Assembly: GCA_027008775.1 (NCBI GenBank)
Contig: JALVDV010000007.1
Coordinates: 5,797 to 69,796 of the forward strand
Source: Candidatus Moraniibacteriota bacterium
Lineage (GTDB): Bacteria > Patescibacteriota > Minisyncoccia > Moranbacterales > DUUL01
Direction of reading: 5' to 3'
Length of the DNA: 64,000 nt
The position numbers and the translations under genes were made by a program. Shown here one piece after another: positions 28,723-37,584 of the stretch (the first letter of the stretch is position 1; the number at the start of each line of letters is the position of its first letter). The notes under the pieces are model-generated. The model was given only the letters and a program-made list of their open reading frames with translations. It ran no database searches and had not been told where the DNA came from.

Positions 28723-29685
28723 ATGTTGAAAAATTTTAAAAGAGAAATTGGTTTCGGTTGGCGCGATTTGGTTTTTGTGATCGTTGGCTTGATTGTTTTT
28801 GTTTTTTTGTTGATTAAGGTATTTGCTGTTTTACCGACAAATAATCATTTAAAGCTTGCCCCAAGAGCCACTCCCGATTATGCGTCAACCGGTAAAATCT
28901 CGGCAGAAACAATCCGGAAAGAATCTTCATCCGTTAACCCGTTGCCTGCTCCAGGATTGGCTAATGGCACATTATTGACGGAGGTTGAAAGTGATAAGAA
29001 AAATTTTGCAAGAAAAATAGTGAAAAATGGCAACATTAAATTGCAAGTTGATGATGCGCTTGCAACCGCCGAAAAAATCCAGGAAATAGTGAAAGGATTT
29101 TCCGGAGATCTTTTGAATAGTAGCAGTTCCAAAAATCGGTACGGAAGCCGGCAAGTTTTTCTTTTCTTTCAAGTGCCGGCGGACAAGTTTGAAGAAGCTC
29201 GTCGGGCCATTAAGAATTCCGGCGGAGAAGTTCTGGCGGACAGTGTCAATACCAGTGATGTGACGGCGGAATACGTTGATTTGGAAGCTCGCTTAAAAAA
29301 TAAGAGGTTGGAGGAAGAAACTTTCCAAAAGATGTTGGACAAAGCGAAGACAGTGGATGAGATTTTGAAAATAACTAGAGAAATAAACAGGGTGAGAGGA
29401 GAAATTGATCGCTTGGAAGGGCGAAAGAAATATTTAAATTCTCAAACGGCTATGTCCAGAATCAGTGTGGAGATCACGGAATTTGTAAAAGCCGGTCCGG
29501 GGGAATATAAGTGGAAACCGGCGCGGAGTTGGCAGAGGGCTTTGCATAAGTTGGTATTGGTTAGTCAAAAGGTGGCGGATGCGGTGATTGAGTTTGTGGT
29601 GGTTGATTTACCGTTTATTGTTGCCGGTTTAATCTTACTTTGGCTTTTGTGGAGAGGTGGTAAAATTATTAAAAATCGTTTTTAG
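28723..29685 (+). CDS. DUF4349-family protein
   Basis: RKIVKNGNIKLQV, QVPADKF, DVTAEYVDLEARL, EIDRLEGR, C-terminal TM. Confidence 0.85.
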   Translation: MLKNFKREIGFGWRDLVFVIVGLIVFVFLLIKVFAVLPTNNHLKLAPRATPDYASTGKISAETIRKESSSVNPLPAPGLANGTLLTEVESDKKNFARKIVKNGNIKLQVDDALATAEKIQEIVKGFSGDLLNSSSSKNRYGSRQVFLFFQVPADKFEEARRAIKNSGGEVLADSVNTSDVTAEYVDLEARLKNKRLEEETFQKMLDKAKTVDEILKITREINRVRGEIDRLEGRKKYLNSQTAMSRISVEITEFVKAGPGEYKWKPARSWQRALHKLVLVSQKVADAVIEFVVVDLPFIVAGLILLWLLWRGGKIIKNRF

Positions 29686-30001
29686 GTCGCTTGCGTAGTT
29701 GGTTTTAAAACAATTTTGAGGAAATATTGGGGTTAATTGATTGAAACGGCTTCATCTTGAAGTTAATATTTCCAGAGATAGTATTTCCAGAGTCATTTAA
29801 ACTGAAAATACGGTGGTGTGAAAATTTTGCCGAGATGACACCATTGTTTCCTGTCGGGGGTATTGTTTATTTTTTCCGGTCCGGTCTTTTGTCTTTTTTG
29901 TTTTTGTGGTTATTATCCGAAAAACTTTCTATTTTCGGTTTTTTGTGCTACTTTGGGAATTAACCCGGGCTGTTTTGTTTTTTGCCGTTAATTTGAATGT
30001 T

Positions 30002-30862
30002 ATGGAGAATTTTTCTTTGAAGGAGTATGTGGATAATCAATTGAAATTTCGTCTGATTCAATCGGAAGTGAACCGAAAACTTTCTTGGAGGTTGTTGTTG
30101 AACAAAGAGGCCAATTGGAAAGAAAGAACATTGGCCGTGTTTAATCTTCTGACTCATTTGTTGCCGGAAAAAACTGTGCGGCGGTGGCGCAATGTTTTAC
30201 GTCAAAAGGATTTAAGCAAATTGCCGTTTAAGAAGGATTTTATTATTCACCGGGTTCAACTGGGTGAAGGTTTTTACAAAGATGTTCATTTATTGGAAGC
30301 CAAAAATAAGGAAGAAAAATCTTACGTGGTAAAAATTGAGTATAGTGAAGGATTCAAAAAGCTTTCTTTAAAAGAAGCCGAAGAAATAGCTCAAGAGGAG
30401 AAATGGGAATATCGTCTTTTGCGTGAATATTATAAAATAGACGATTTTATTCCCGAAGAACTGGTTTTGTTGGCGGAAGCTTCAAAGGACGGAGGTCCGG
30501 CGGTGATTACTTTACAGGCTTTTGCCGGGTATGATTTGCGGGATATTTTTGAAGAAATTGGCAAAAAAGAATTAGAAAAGAAATTGCTGTCAAATAAGAA
30601 GTTGAGGGAATCTTTTTTGCGATTCGTAGAAAAGACGGATAACTGGTTGACTAAGAAGGATATAATGGTGGATTTGACGGGAAAGAAAAATATTGTTTTG
30701 GCTGTTGATGAAAATGGACGGGATGTTTTGAAGTTTCTTGATCCTCACTCCATCAGGTATTTTTCCAAGGATAAAGAAGAAAGACCGGAGAGAACGGAAA
30801 TTTTTTTGAAGAAATTGGAATATCTCAAATCAATTTATGAGGAAGTTAAAAATGAGGAATGA
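30002..30862 (+). CDS. Hypothetical protein, possible atypical protein-kinase-like fold
   Basis: LGEGFYKDV, YVVK, DLTGKKNIV, LKFLDP in kinase-like order. Confidence 0.55.
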   Translation: MENFSLKEYVDNQLKFRLIQSEVNRKLSWRLLLNKEANWKERTLAVFNLLTHLLPEKTVRRWRNVLRQKDLSKLPFKKDFIIHRVQLGEGFYKDVHLLEAKNKEEKSYVVKIEYSEGFKKLSLKEAEEIAQEEKWEYRLLREYYKIDDFIPEELVLLAEASKDGGPAVITLQAFAGYDLRDIFEEIGKKELEKKLLSNKKLRESFLRFVEKTDNWLTKKDIMVDLTGKKNIVLAVDENGRDVLKFLDPHSIRYFSKDKEERPERTEIFLKKLEYLKSIYEEVKNEE

Positions 30863-30927
30863 CGAGAACGGTTTTGTTGATTTAAGGTTATTTGGAAAAA
30901 GATAAGTAAATTTTGACGGTTGTGATT

Positions 30928-32373
30928 ATGAATGAATTTAAAAGAGTTTATATTGTTGGTATTGAAGGAGCCGGTACTTCCGCTTTGGCCGGTATTTTGA
31001 GGGTGCAAGGTAAAGAAGTGGTTGGCTCAGATGAAGGTGATCATTTCTATTATGATGTTCTGCGGCGGCAAGGAATAAAAGTATTTCATCGTTTTGATAA
31101 GGATAATCCTCGGCGAGCTTTTGCCGGTCAAAAAATTGATTTGGTGATTTATTCCACTGTTTTTTCGCAGAAGGATAATGTGGAGTTGCGGGAGATAAAG
31201 AAAAAGAAATTAGCCAAAGTGGTTTGGGAGTACCCGCGGGCTTTGGCGGAGGTTTTCAACAGGGCCGGTTTTGGCATAGCTGTTTGCGGCACCCATGGGA
31301 AGACAACCACTACGGCCATGTTGGGAACCGTTTTGCAAAAGCTGGGGTTAGCGCCGACTGTTTTAGTGGGAGCCAAGGTTTTGGAGTGGGGCAGTAATTG
31401 TTTGGTTGGGAATCGTAAGGACTCAATTTTGCTTGGTTCGCAAAAAATGGATTCTTGTACTGATTGTTTTGTGATTGAAGCGGATGAGTATCAGAATAAA
31501 TTACGCTATTATCAGCCACGGGCGGTGATTTTGACGAGTGTGGATTACGACCATCCGGATTTTTTCAAAAGCGAGGAGGAGTACAAACAAGTTTTCAAAG
31601 ATTTTGTGGCTAAAATTCCGGCAGACGGATTTTTAGTAGCTTACGCGGGAGACAAGAATGTAGTTGAAGTTTCCCGGAGCGCTTCTTGCGAAGTGGTTTT
31701 CTATGACAAGTTGGCGGCCAAGGATATCTTGTTAGGTGATGATTTTTGCAGTTTGTCTGAGTGTCGGGGGCGAACCTTCGGTTGTTGTCCGGCAGGCAAA
31801 GAGAGTCAAGACAAAATTCGTTTGTTTGGCGAACATAATCTGCTGAATGCCATGGCTGTTTTTCGCTTGGCGCAAAAGTTGAATCTGGATTTGGATAAGG
31901 TGAAAAAAATTTTACGGGAATTTCGGGGGACGGCCAGGCGCTTTGAAATAAAGGGAGAGTTTCAGGGAGCGTTGATTGTTGATGATTACGCTCATCACCC
32001 GGCGGAAATTAGGGCGACTTTAAAAATGGTCAAGGAGAGATATCCGAATAAAGTTTTGAAGGTGATTTTTCACCCGCACACTTTCAGTCGGACTGAGGCT
32101 TTGTTGAGCGAATTTGTTGACAGTTTTAAGTTGGCAGATGAAATTTATTTTTTGGATATTTTCGGTTCGGCCAGAGAAAGGGAGGGAAAAGTGGATAGTG
32201 ATGATCTGGTGGCTTCGGCCAGAAAAAAATATCCGGAGAAGCGAGTGGAAAATTTACAGACGATTGAAAAGGCAGTTGAGTATTTTCGGAAAAATCTTGG
32301 TCGCGATGATATTTTACTGACTATGGGCGCCGGCGATGTTTACTTGGTAGCGGAGAAATTACTTAAATTCTAA
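30928..32373 (+). CDS. murC: UDP-N-acetylmuramate--L-alanine ligase
   Basis: VGIEGAGTSALA, GTHGKTTTT, EADEY, DHPD, GEHN, RRFE, DDYAHHP, MGAGDV. Confidence 0.93.
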   Translation: MNEFKRVYIVGIEGAGTSALAGILRVQGKEVVGSDEGDHFYYDVLRRQGIKVFHRFDKDNPRRAFAGQKIDLVIYSTVFSQKDNVELREIKKKKLAKVVWEYPRALAEVFNRAGFGIAVCGTHGKTTTTAMLGTVLQKLGLAPTVLVGAKVLEWGSNCLVGNRKDSILLGSQKMDSCTDCFVIEADEYQNKLRYYQPRAVILTSVDYDHPDFFKSEEEYKQVFKDFVAKIPADGFLVAYAGDKNVVEVSRSASCEVVFYDKLAAKDILLGDDFCSLSECRGRTFGCCPAGKESQDKIRLFGEHNLLNAMAVFRLAQKLNLDLDKVKKILREFRGTARRFEIKGEFQGALIVDDYAHHPAEIRATLKMVKERYPNKVLKVIFHPHTFSRTEALLSEFVDSFKLADEIYFLDIFGSAREREGKVDSDDLVASARKKYPEKRVENLQTIEKAVEYFRKNLGRDDILLTMGAGDVYLVAEKLLKF

Positions 32374-32383
32374 GGCATAGCCA

Positions 32384-33577
32384 ATGATGCGGAGAAAATA
32401 CTTTTATTGGTTTGTTTTGCTTTTATTTCTTGGTGTTCCGGTTGTGTTTATTCTTTACCAAAGTGTTTTTTTATCCAGGTTGGTTGGCGGAGATTATTTT
32501 CAAGAATACAGTGATTTAGAAGCGAAGAAAATGGAGGTTTTAGGTAGAAGTGACCTCAGGAAAGAAATAAATCAGCATAGCTTGTTCACCGTCGGAAAGA
32601 GAAGGGATGATAAAGTAGTCAAGCAAGTTCTGGTAACAAATTCGCCGAAAATTTTGTTTTTGGGGGATTTGATGTTGGATCGGCAGAATAGGATTTTGTT
32701 GGACAGAAAAGGCGCGGGATTTTTTACAGAGAAAATAGAACACTTGTTTTGGGGTCAAGATCTGAATATAGCTAACTTGGAGGGCCCAATTACCACTCGG
32801 TCATCGCTTTCCGTTGGTCAGCCGGTGGAAAATCCCAATCATTTTCGTTTCACTTTTAAACCCAGGGAAACTATCAATTTTTTACAGGCCAATCGGATAA
32901 ACTTGGTAAATCTTGGTAATAATCATATTCTTAATTTCGGCTCTAAGGGATTGGAGCAGACGGAGGAAGTTTTAACTAAAAACAACATTGATTATTTTGG
33001 AGATCCTCTGGATTTAACCAGAATGAGTATCGTAAAGAGGGTGGGAGAATGGAGAATCGGTTTTGTAAATTATAATCAGTTTGTCGGTTTTTCCTCGGAA
33101 CAAGTTGTTGAGATAATTAAAAGTTTAAAAACGAAGAGTGATTTTGTAATTGTTTATTCTCACTGGGGGGAGGAATATAAATTGGTTAACAATGCTCGCC
33201 AACAGCAATTAGCTCATCAATTTATTGAAGCCGGCGCCGATTTGATTGTCGGCAGTCACCCCCATGTTGTTCAGTCAATAGAAGTTTACCGAGGGAAGGC
33301 TATTTTTTATTCCTTGGGAAATTTTGTTTTTGACCAATATTTCTCCAAGGATGTTCGTTCGGAACTGGCGCTTCTGCTGACAATAAAGAATGGACGATTT
33401 GAGTTTACTTTGCTACCATTGTTTAGGCAGAATAATGGACAGTTGGTTTTGATGGAAGGCGCACAAAGAAAAGATTTTCTAGCCGGTTTGGCGGAGAGAT
33501 CTTCGCTGGAGAAGGAAATTAAAAAAGAAATTAAAGAAGGTGTTTTTATATTGTCGGGCAAGAAAATTAAAGACTGA
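32384..33577 (+). CDS. CapA/PGA_cap family metallophosphatase-fold protein
   Basis: GDLMLDR, NLEGP, NLGNNHILNFG, HWGEEY, GSHPHV, YSLGNFVFDQ. Confidence 0.9.
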   Translation: MMRRKYFYWFVLLLFLGVPVVFILYQSVFLSRLVGGDYFQEYSDLEAKKMEVLGRSDLRKEINQHSLFTVGKRRDDKVVKQVLVTNSPKILFLGDLMLDRQNRILLDRKGAGFFTEKIEHLFWGQDLNIANLEGPITTRSSLSVGQPVENPNHFRFTFKPRETINFLQANRINLVNLGNNHILNFGSKGLEQTEEVLTKNNIDYFGDPLDLTRMSIVKRVGEWRIGFVNYNQFVGFSSEQVVEIIKSLKTKSDFVIVYSHWGEEYKLVNNARQQQLAHQFIEAGADLIVGSHPHVVQSIEVYRGKAIFYSLGNFVFDQYFSKDVRSELALLLTIKNGRFEFTLLPLFRQNNGQLVLMEGAQRKDFLAGLAERSSLEKEIKKEIKEGVFILSGKKIKD

Positions 33578-33597
33578 AAGAGCATTAAATTGGATAT

Positions 33598-34089
33598 ATG
33601 AAAAAACTTTTTGTAAAAAAGAGATTGGATTCATTGAAAGAAACCAAAAAATGGGCGCGAGAATTCTTGAGAGATTTGAAAAGAGAGGCCGACAAAATAA
33701 ACGTGGTTTTTCTGCAGGGAGACTTGGGTGCCGGCAAAACCACCTTCAGTCGTTTTTTATTGGAGGAATTGGGAGCGACTGGTCCTTTTACTTCGCCGAC
33801 TTTTGTGATAATGAAAGAATATGAGTTGAAACGGCCAGAGAAAATGGAGAAGGACGATTTAGTTTGGGAAAAAATTTGTCATTGGGATTGTTACCGGGTG
33901 GATGCCAAGACGGTGCTGGATTTGGGTTGGTGGGAGCAGGTGACCGATAGAAAAAATTTGCTGTTGGTGGAATGGCCGGAAAAAATCAGTGAGATTTGGC
34001 CGGAGAATTATTGGTTGTTAAAATTCAGTCACGACGGAGAGATGGCGCGAATGGTGAGAGTGGAAAAGGTTTTGGCAAATGAAAATTAA
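33598..34089 (+). CDS. tsaE: tRNA threonylcarbamoyladenosine biosynthesis ATPase
   Basis: LQGDLGAGKTTF, SPTF, HWDCYR, VEWPE. Confidence 0.93.
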   Translation: MKKLFVKKRLDSLKETKKWAREFLRDLKREADKINVVFLQGDLGAGKTTFSRFLLEELGATGPFTSPTFVIMKEYELKRPEKMEKDDLVWEKICHWDCYRVDAKTVLDLGWWEQVTDRKNLLLVEWPEKISEIWPENYWLLKFSHDGEMARMVRVEKVLANEN

Positions 34090-34131
34090 TTTTTTTGGAA
34101 GAGAGGAGCTTAATCGTTAAATTAAATTTTT

Positions 34132-34776
34132 ATGGAGCTAAAAGAATTTTTAAATCTTGTTCGCAGGGAAAAATTTGTTTTTTTCGGTCTTTGGGCGACG
34201 ATTGTTTGTCTGGCTTTATTCACTCTTTATGTTCAGCCCAAACAATATCAGGTGGAAAGCAGTTTTGTGTTGGGACGGCAACAGGTGAAAAATGAAAAGG
34301 CAACCTCTGGCGAAGGGGAAAAATATGATTATTATTACCAACTGGAAGCAAATAAAAGATTGGTGGAGATGATGATAAATCTTTTGTCGGATGAAAGTTT
34401 CCAGGAAAAAGTTTTTTCCGGTCAGATTAAATCTATTCCAAGCGGGGAAAAAAAATTCATAATTAAACACTGGCGAGGCAAGAAAGGGGGCGCCGGTTAT
34501 TTCAGGGTTTATGTGGTTGGTCACAATTTGGAGCAAACAGGCTTGGTTGCGGAGGCGATAGGGAAGGAGTTTAAGGAATTTATTGGTGATATCAATAGTA
34601 AACAGAGCAATTTTATCGTCTTGAAAAGTGGAAAGCCGGTCGCGCAAGAGAAAACCAAACCCTACTCATTGACAATGCTTACCTCCTTTTTGTTTGGATT
34701 GTTGGTTAGTTTAGTTTTTGTTCTGTTGAAGGATTATTTGCGAGAGAATGTTAAAAGTGATGTGGACAAGAAATAA
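34132..34776 (+). CDS. Wzz/polysaccharide co-polymerase-like protein
   Basis: MELKEFLNLV start, TM, P..Y, C-terminal TM; precedes a glycosyltransferase. Confidence 0.7.
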   Translation: MELKEFLNLVRREKFVFFGLWATIVCLALFTLYVQPKQYQVESSFVLGRQQVKNEKATSGEGEKYDYYYQLEANKRLVEMMINLLSDESFQEKVFSGQIKSIPSGEKKFIIKHWRGKKGGAGYFRVYVVGHNLEQTGLVAEAIGKEFKEFIGDINSKQSNFIVLKSGKPVAQEKTKPYSLTMLTSFLFGLLVSLVFVLLKDYLRENVKSDVDKK

Positions 34777-34818
34777 TTTCCGTGCTTATTTGGAAGAGCT
34801 GTTTAGAAGCAAAAATAA

Positions 34819-36003
34819 ATGTTTATGAAAAAAGAGAAAAGAAGGAAAGACAAGGTTAGAATAATTGGTGTGGACGGGCGTTGTTTGTTGGATGCAAATT
34901 ATACCGGTGTCAGTGAGTACACCGTTTTTTTATTGAAGAAAATTTTGCGTGATTATCCCAACTATCGCTTGCGAGTATTTGTAAACAGTTTTCATAAGGT
35001 TGAGTTGAAAAAAAAACTGCCTTGGCTTTATCGTTCGCAACGGGTGGAGGTCAAGTACTACAGAATTCCCAATAAATTATTAAATTTTTCCTTTTGGTTT
35101 TTCGGTTGGCCGAAATTGGATAAGCTCTTGGGTGGAGTTGATTTGTTATTGGTTCCCAATATTTCTTTCTTGGCGGTCAGTAAAGATGTTTTTTTTATCT
35201 TGACACTTCATGATTTATCTTTTGAGAGATGGCCGGAAACTTTTTCTCGCAAAAGACGTTGGTGGCATTTTTTTGTCAATCCCAGAAGGTTGGCGCAGAG
35301 AGCGAATGAAATTTGGACAGTTTCCGATTCTACCAAATCAGATTTGGTTGATCTTTATGGTGTGCAAAAAGAAAAAGTGAAGGTAAAGAATTTATTTGAG
35401 GCAAAAATTATTTCAGGTCCGAATAAATTGGATGAAAGAAGAAAGAGGGAGGTGAGAAAGAAATATAACCTCCCGGATAAATTTGCTTTGTACTTAGGAA
35501 CAATTGAGCCGAGGAAAAATATTCTAACTTTGTTAAAAACATTTGTTTATTTGTGGGAAAAGAAATTAATTGACCAACGTTGTAAATTGGTCTTGGCCGG
35601 ACAGCTTGGCTGGAAGTACGGAGAAGTGGTTAAGTTTATTGAAAAATCCTCTTGGCGACGAAATATCATCCTAACCGAATTTATTGAAAGCAAAGACAAG
35701 AGATGCTTGTATGCGATGGCTGAACTCTTTGTTTATCCTTCTCTGTTTGAAGGTTTCGGTATTCCGGTTTTGGAAGCGATGGCTATGGGAACGCCGGTGA
35801 TAACGGGAGACAACTCATCTTTGCCGGAAGTTGTTGGTTCGGCCGGTATAATGGTTGACGTGGAAAGAATTGATGAGTTGGCGGAGGCAATCAGGTTGAT
35901 TCTCAATAACCCTCATTTAGCTGATTACTATCGGCGGAAAGGTAGACGACAGGCGCAGATAATAAATGACCGGAGCGCTAAAACAAAGCTTTTTGCCGAT
36001 TGA
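34819..36003 (+). CDS. GT4-family glycosyltransferase
   Basis: TGVSEY, TLHDL, LGTIEPRKN, YPSLFEGFGIPVLEAMA. Confidence 0.92.
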   Translation: MFMKKEKRRKDKVRIIGVDGRCLLDANYTGVSEYTVFLLKKILRDYPNYRLRVFVNSFHKVELKKKLPWLYRSQRVEVKYYRIPNKLLNFSFWFFGWPKLDKLLGGVDLLLVPNISFLAVSKDVFFILTLHDLSFERWPETFSRKRRWWHFFVNPRRLAQRANEIWTVSDSTKSDLVDLYGVQKEKVKVKNLFEAKIISGPNKLDERRKREVRKKYNLPDKFALYLGTIEPRKNILTLLKTFVYLWEKKLIDQRCKLVLAGQLGWKYGEVVKFIEKSSWRRNIILTEFIESKDKRCLYAMAELFVYPSLFEGFGIPVLEAMAMGTPVITGDNSSLPEVVGSAGIMVDVERIDELAEAIRLILNNPHLADYYRRKGRRQAQIINDRSAKTKLFAD

Positions 36004-36232
36004 TTATTTTAGGTGAAATTTTTGATTTGCGATGGAAAAATGATTCTGATTTGACATTTTTCTGTTTTTGTGTTATCTTTGGGAAGTTATCAGAGTTCTT
36101 GAAGCGGGTGGAAATTGTTGTTTTAGGGCAAGTGGGTAGGATAATTTGTCGGGAGGCAAGAAGTTTTGCAGAGAGTAAAGTGAAACTTTTAATTAGAAGG
36201 TGAAGTATAGTGGTATAATTTATTTTTGAAGA

Positions 36233-37327
36233 ATGAAGAAAATTACGGAAAAAGAGTGGCGGAGGGCAACAGATTTGTTCTTAAATGAACTAAGCGAGAG
36301 ACAAAGAAAATTAGTTTCTCGCCGTTTTGGTTTACAGAATAAAAAAGCGCGGACATTGGCCGCCATCGGTAGAAGTGAGGGAGTGTCCAGAGAACGTGTC
36401 AGGCAGATTGTGACCGGCGCTTTGAGAAAACTTAAAAAGAAAATAGAAAGAGCCGGAGAGAATGAAGAGAAAAAAGAGTTTTACAAAACGATTCTTGGGA
36501 GAATTGAGGAAGAGGGCGGAGTTATTGGCCGGAATGTTCTTTTGCGAGAAACATTGTCTGATAAGACGACTCTGTCGCGGGCGAAGCGAGCGGGAATGAT
36601 TAGTTTTATTTTAAGTTCTTTGCCCGGTTTGCAATACAAAAAACCTTCCGTTCGTTTTGGTGAGTTGTGGTATTTGCCTCAGGCCAAAGATTTTGTTACT
36701 AAAGTTGATCGTTTTCATAATGATTTGGTTGCTTATTTTGAAAAGCAGCAGAGGCCTTATACTTTTGCCAAGTTGCGAAAGGAATTCGGATCTTATGCAA
36801 AGGCTTATGCAGAAAAAGGAATTAAAAAATTAGAGATTGACAAAAAGAAGCTAGGGTTGCTTTTGCGGGAAAGTTATCTTTTAGGAGAGAATATTTTGGG
36901 GCAATGGGGATTAGCGAAGTGGAAGATTGTTAGGCCGACGGCTGTCAGGGAGAAAGCTTATTTGGTTTTCAAAAAAGAGAGGGAGCCTTTGCATTTTAGA
37001 GCGCTGACGACACGGATTAACAAGTACTGGAGTAGTGGCAGGCGCGCTTTGCCGCAAACGGTGCATAACGCCATTATTAAATATCCGGAGTTTGTGGTGG
37101 TTGATTTGGGGACCTACGGCTTAAAGGAATGGTTGTATGAAGAAAATGATATTCGGCAGAGGTTACTGGATTTTTTTGAGAAAAACAAAAAGGCCTCCAT
37201 TGAGGAATTAGTGAGTTCTTTGAAGAAAACAAAAGAAAGCAGGGTTCGTCTGGAAATCACTTTGCGAGCAATACTGCACAGAGAAAAGATGTTTATTCGC
37301 CGAAATGGTAAATATATGGTAAAATAG
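36233..37327 (+). CDS. Protein with an N-terminal sigma70 region 4 HTH and a C-terminal winged-HTH (HARE-HTH/RNAP delta-like)
   Basis: LSERQRKLVSRRFGL..TLAAIG..GVSRERVRQI; EPLHF..I..QTVHNAII..FVVVDLGTYGLKEW. Confidence 0.8.
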   Translation: MKKITEKEWRRATDLFLNELSERQRKLVSRRFGLQNKKARTLAAIGRSEGVSRERVRQIVTGALRKLKKKIERAGENEEKKEFYKTILGRIEEEGGVIGRNVLLRETLSDKTTLSRAKRAGMISFILSSLPGLQYKKPSVRFGELWYLPQAKDFVTKVDRFHNDLVAYFEKQQRPYTFAKLRKEFGSYAKAYAEKGIKKLEIDKKKLGLLLRESYLLGENILGQWGLAKWKIVRPTAVREKAYLVFKKEREPLHFRALTTRINKYWSSGRRALPQTVHNAIIKYPEFVVVDLGTYGLKEWLYEENDIRQRLLDFFEKNKKASIEELVSSLKKTKESRVRLEITLRAILHREKMFIRRNGKYMVK

Positions 37328-37338
37328 TCTTGGCGTAG

Positions 37339-37508
37339 AACTTATCTATGGTTTTCCCTTTCTAATGTTCAGTTAGGCTTTCTGGATGTTATTTTCTATC
37401 TGGTGTTTGAGGCTTCGTTGATTGAAAAAGGAGTCAAACATGTGTCTGAAAATAATATTCAAAAGGCTTGGCGGATAAAGGGTTTGAAATGATGACTCCG
37501 AATGAATT
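37339..37508 (+). ncRNA. ~170-nt structured element, copy A (6S-RNA-like fold)
   Basis: Homologous to copies B and C; 24-bp stem ttaggctttctggatgttattttc/gaaaataatattcaaaaggcttgg; TGgTAAAAT at 37317-37325. Confidence 0.55.
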
Positions 37509-37584
37509 GACGACGAGGGCAGTAGGAAACGGAGCGGTATTTTCTCTTGCTTGTCTTGTTTTTTGGAAATTGTCAAAATAAAAT

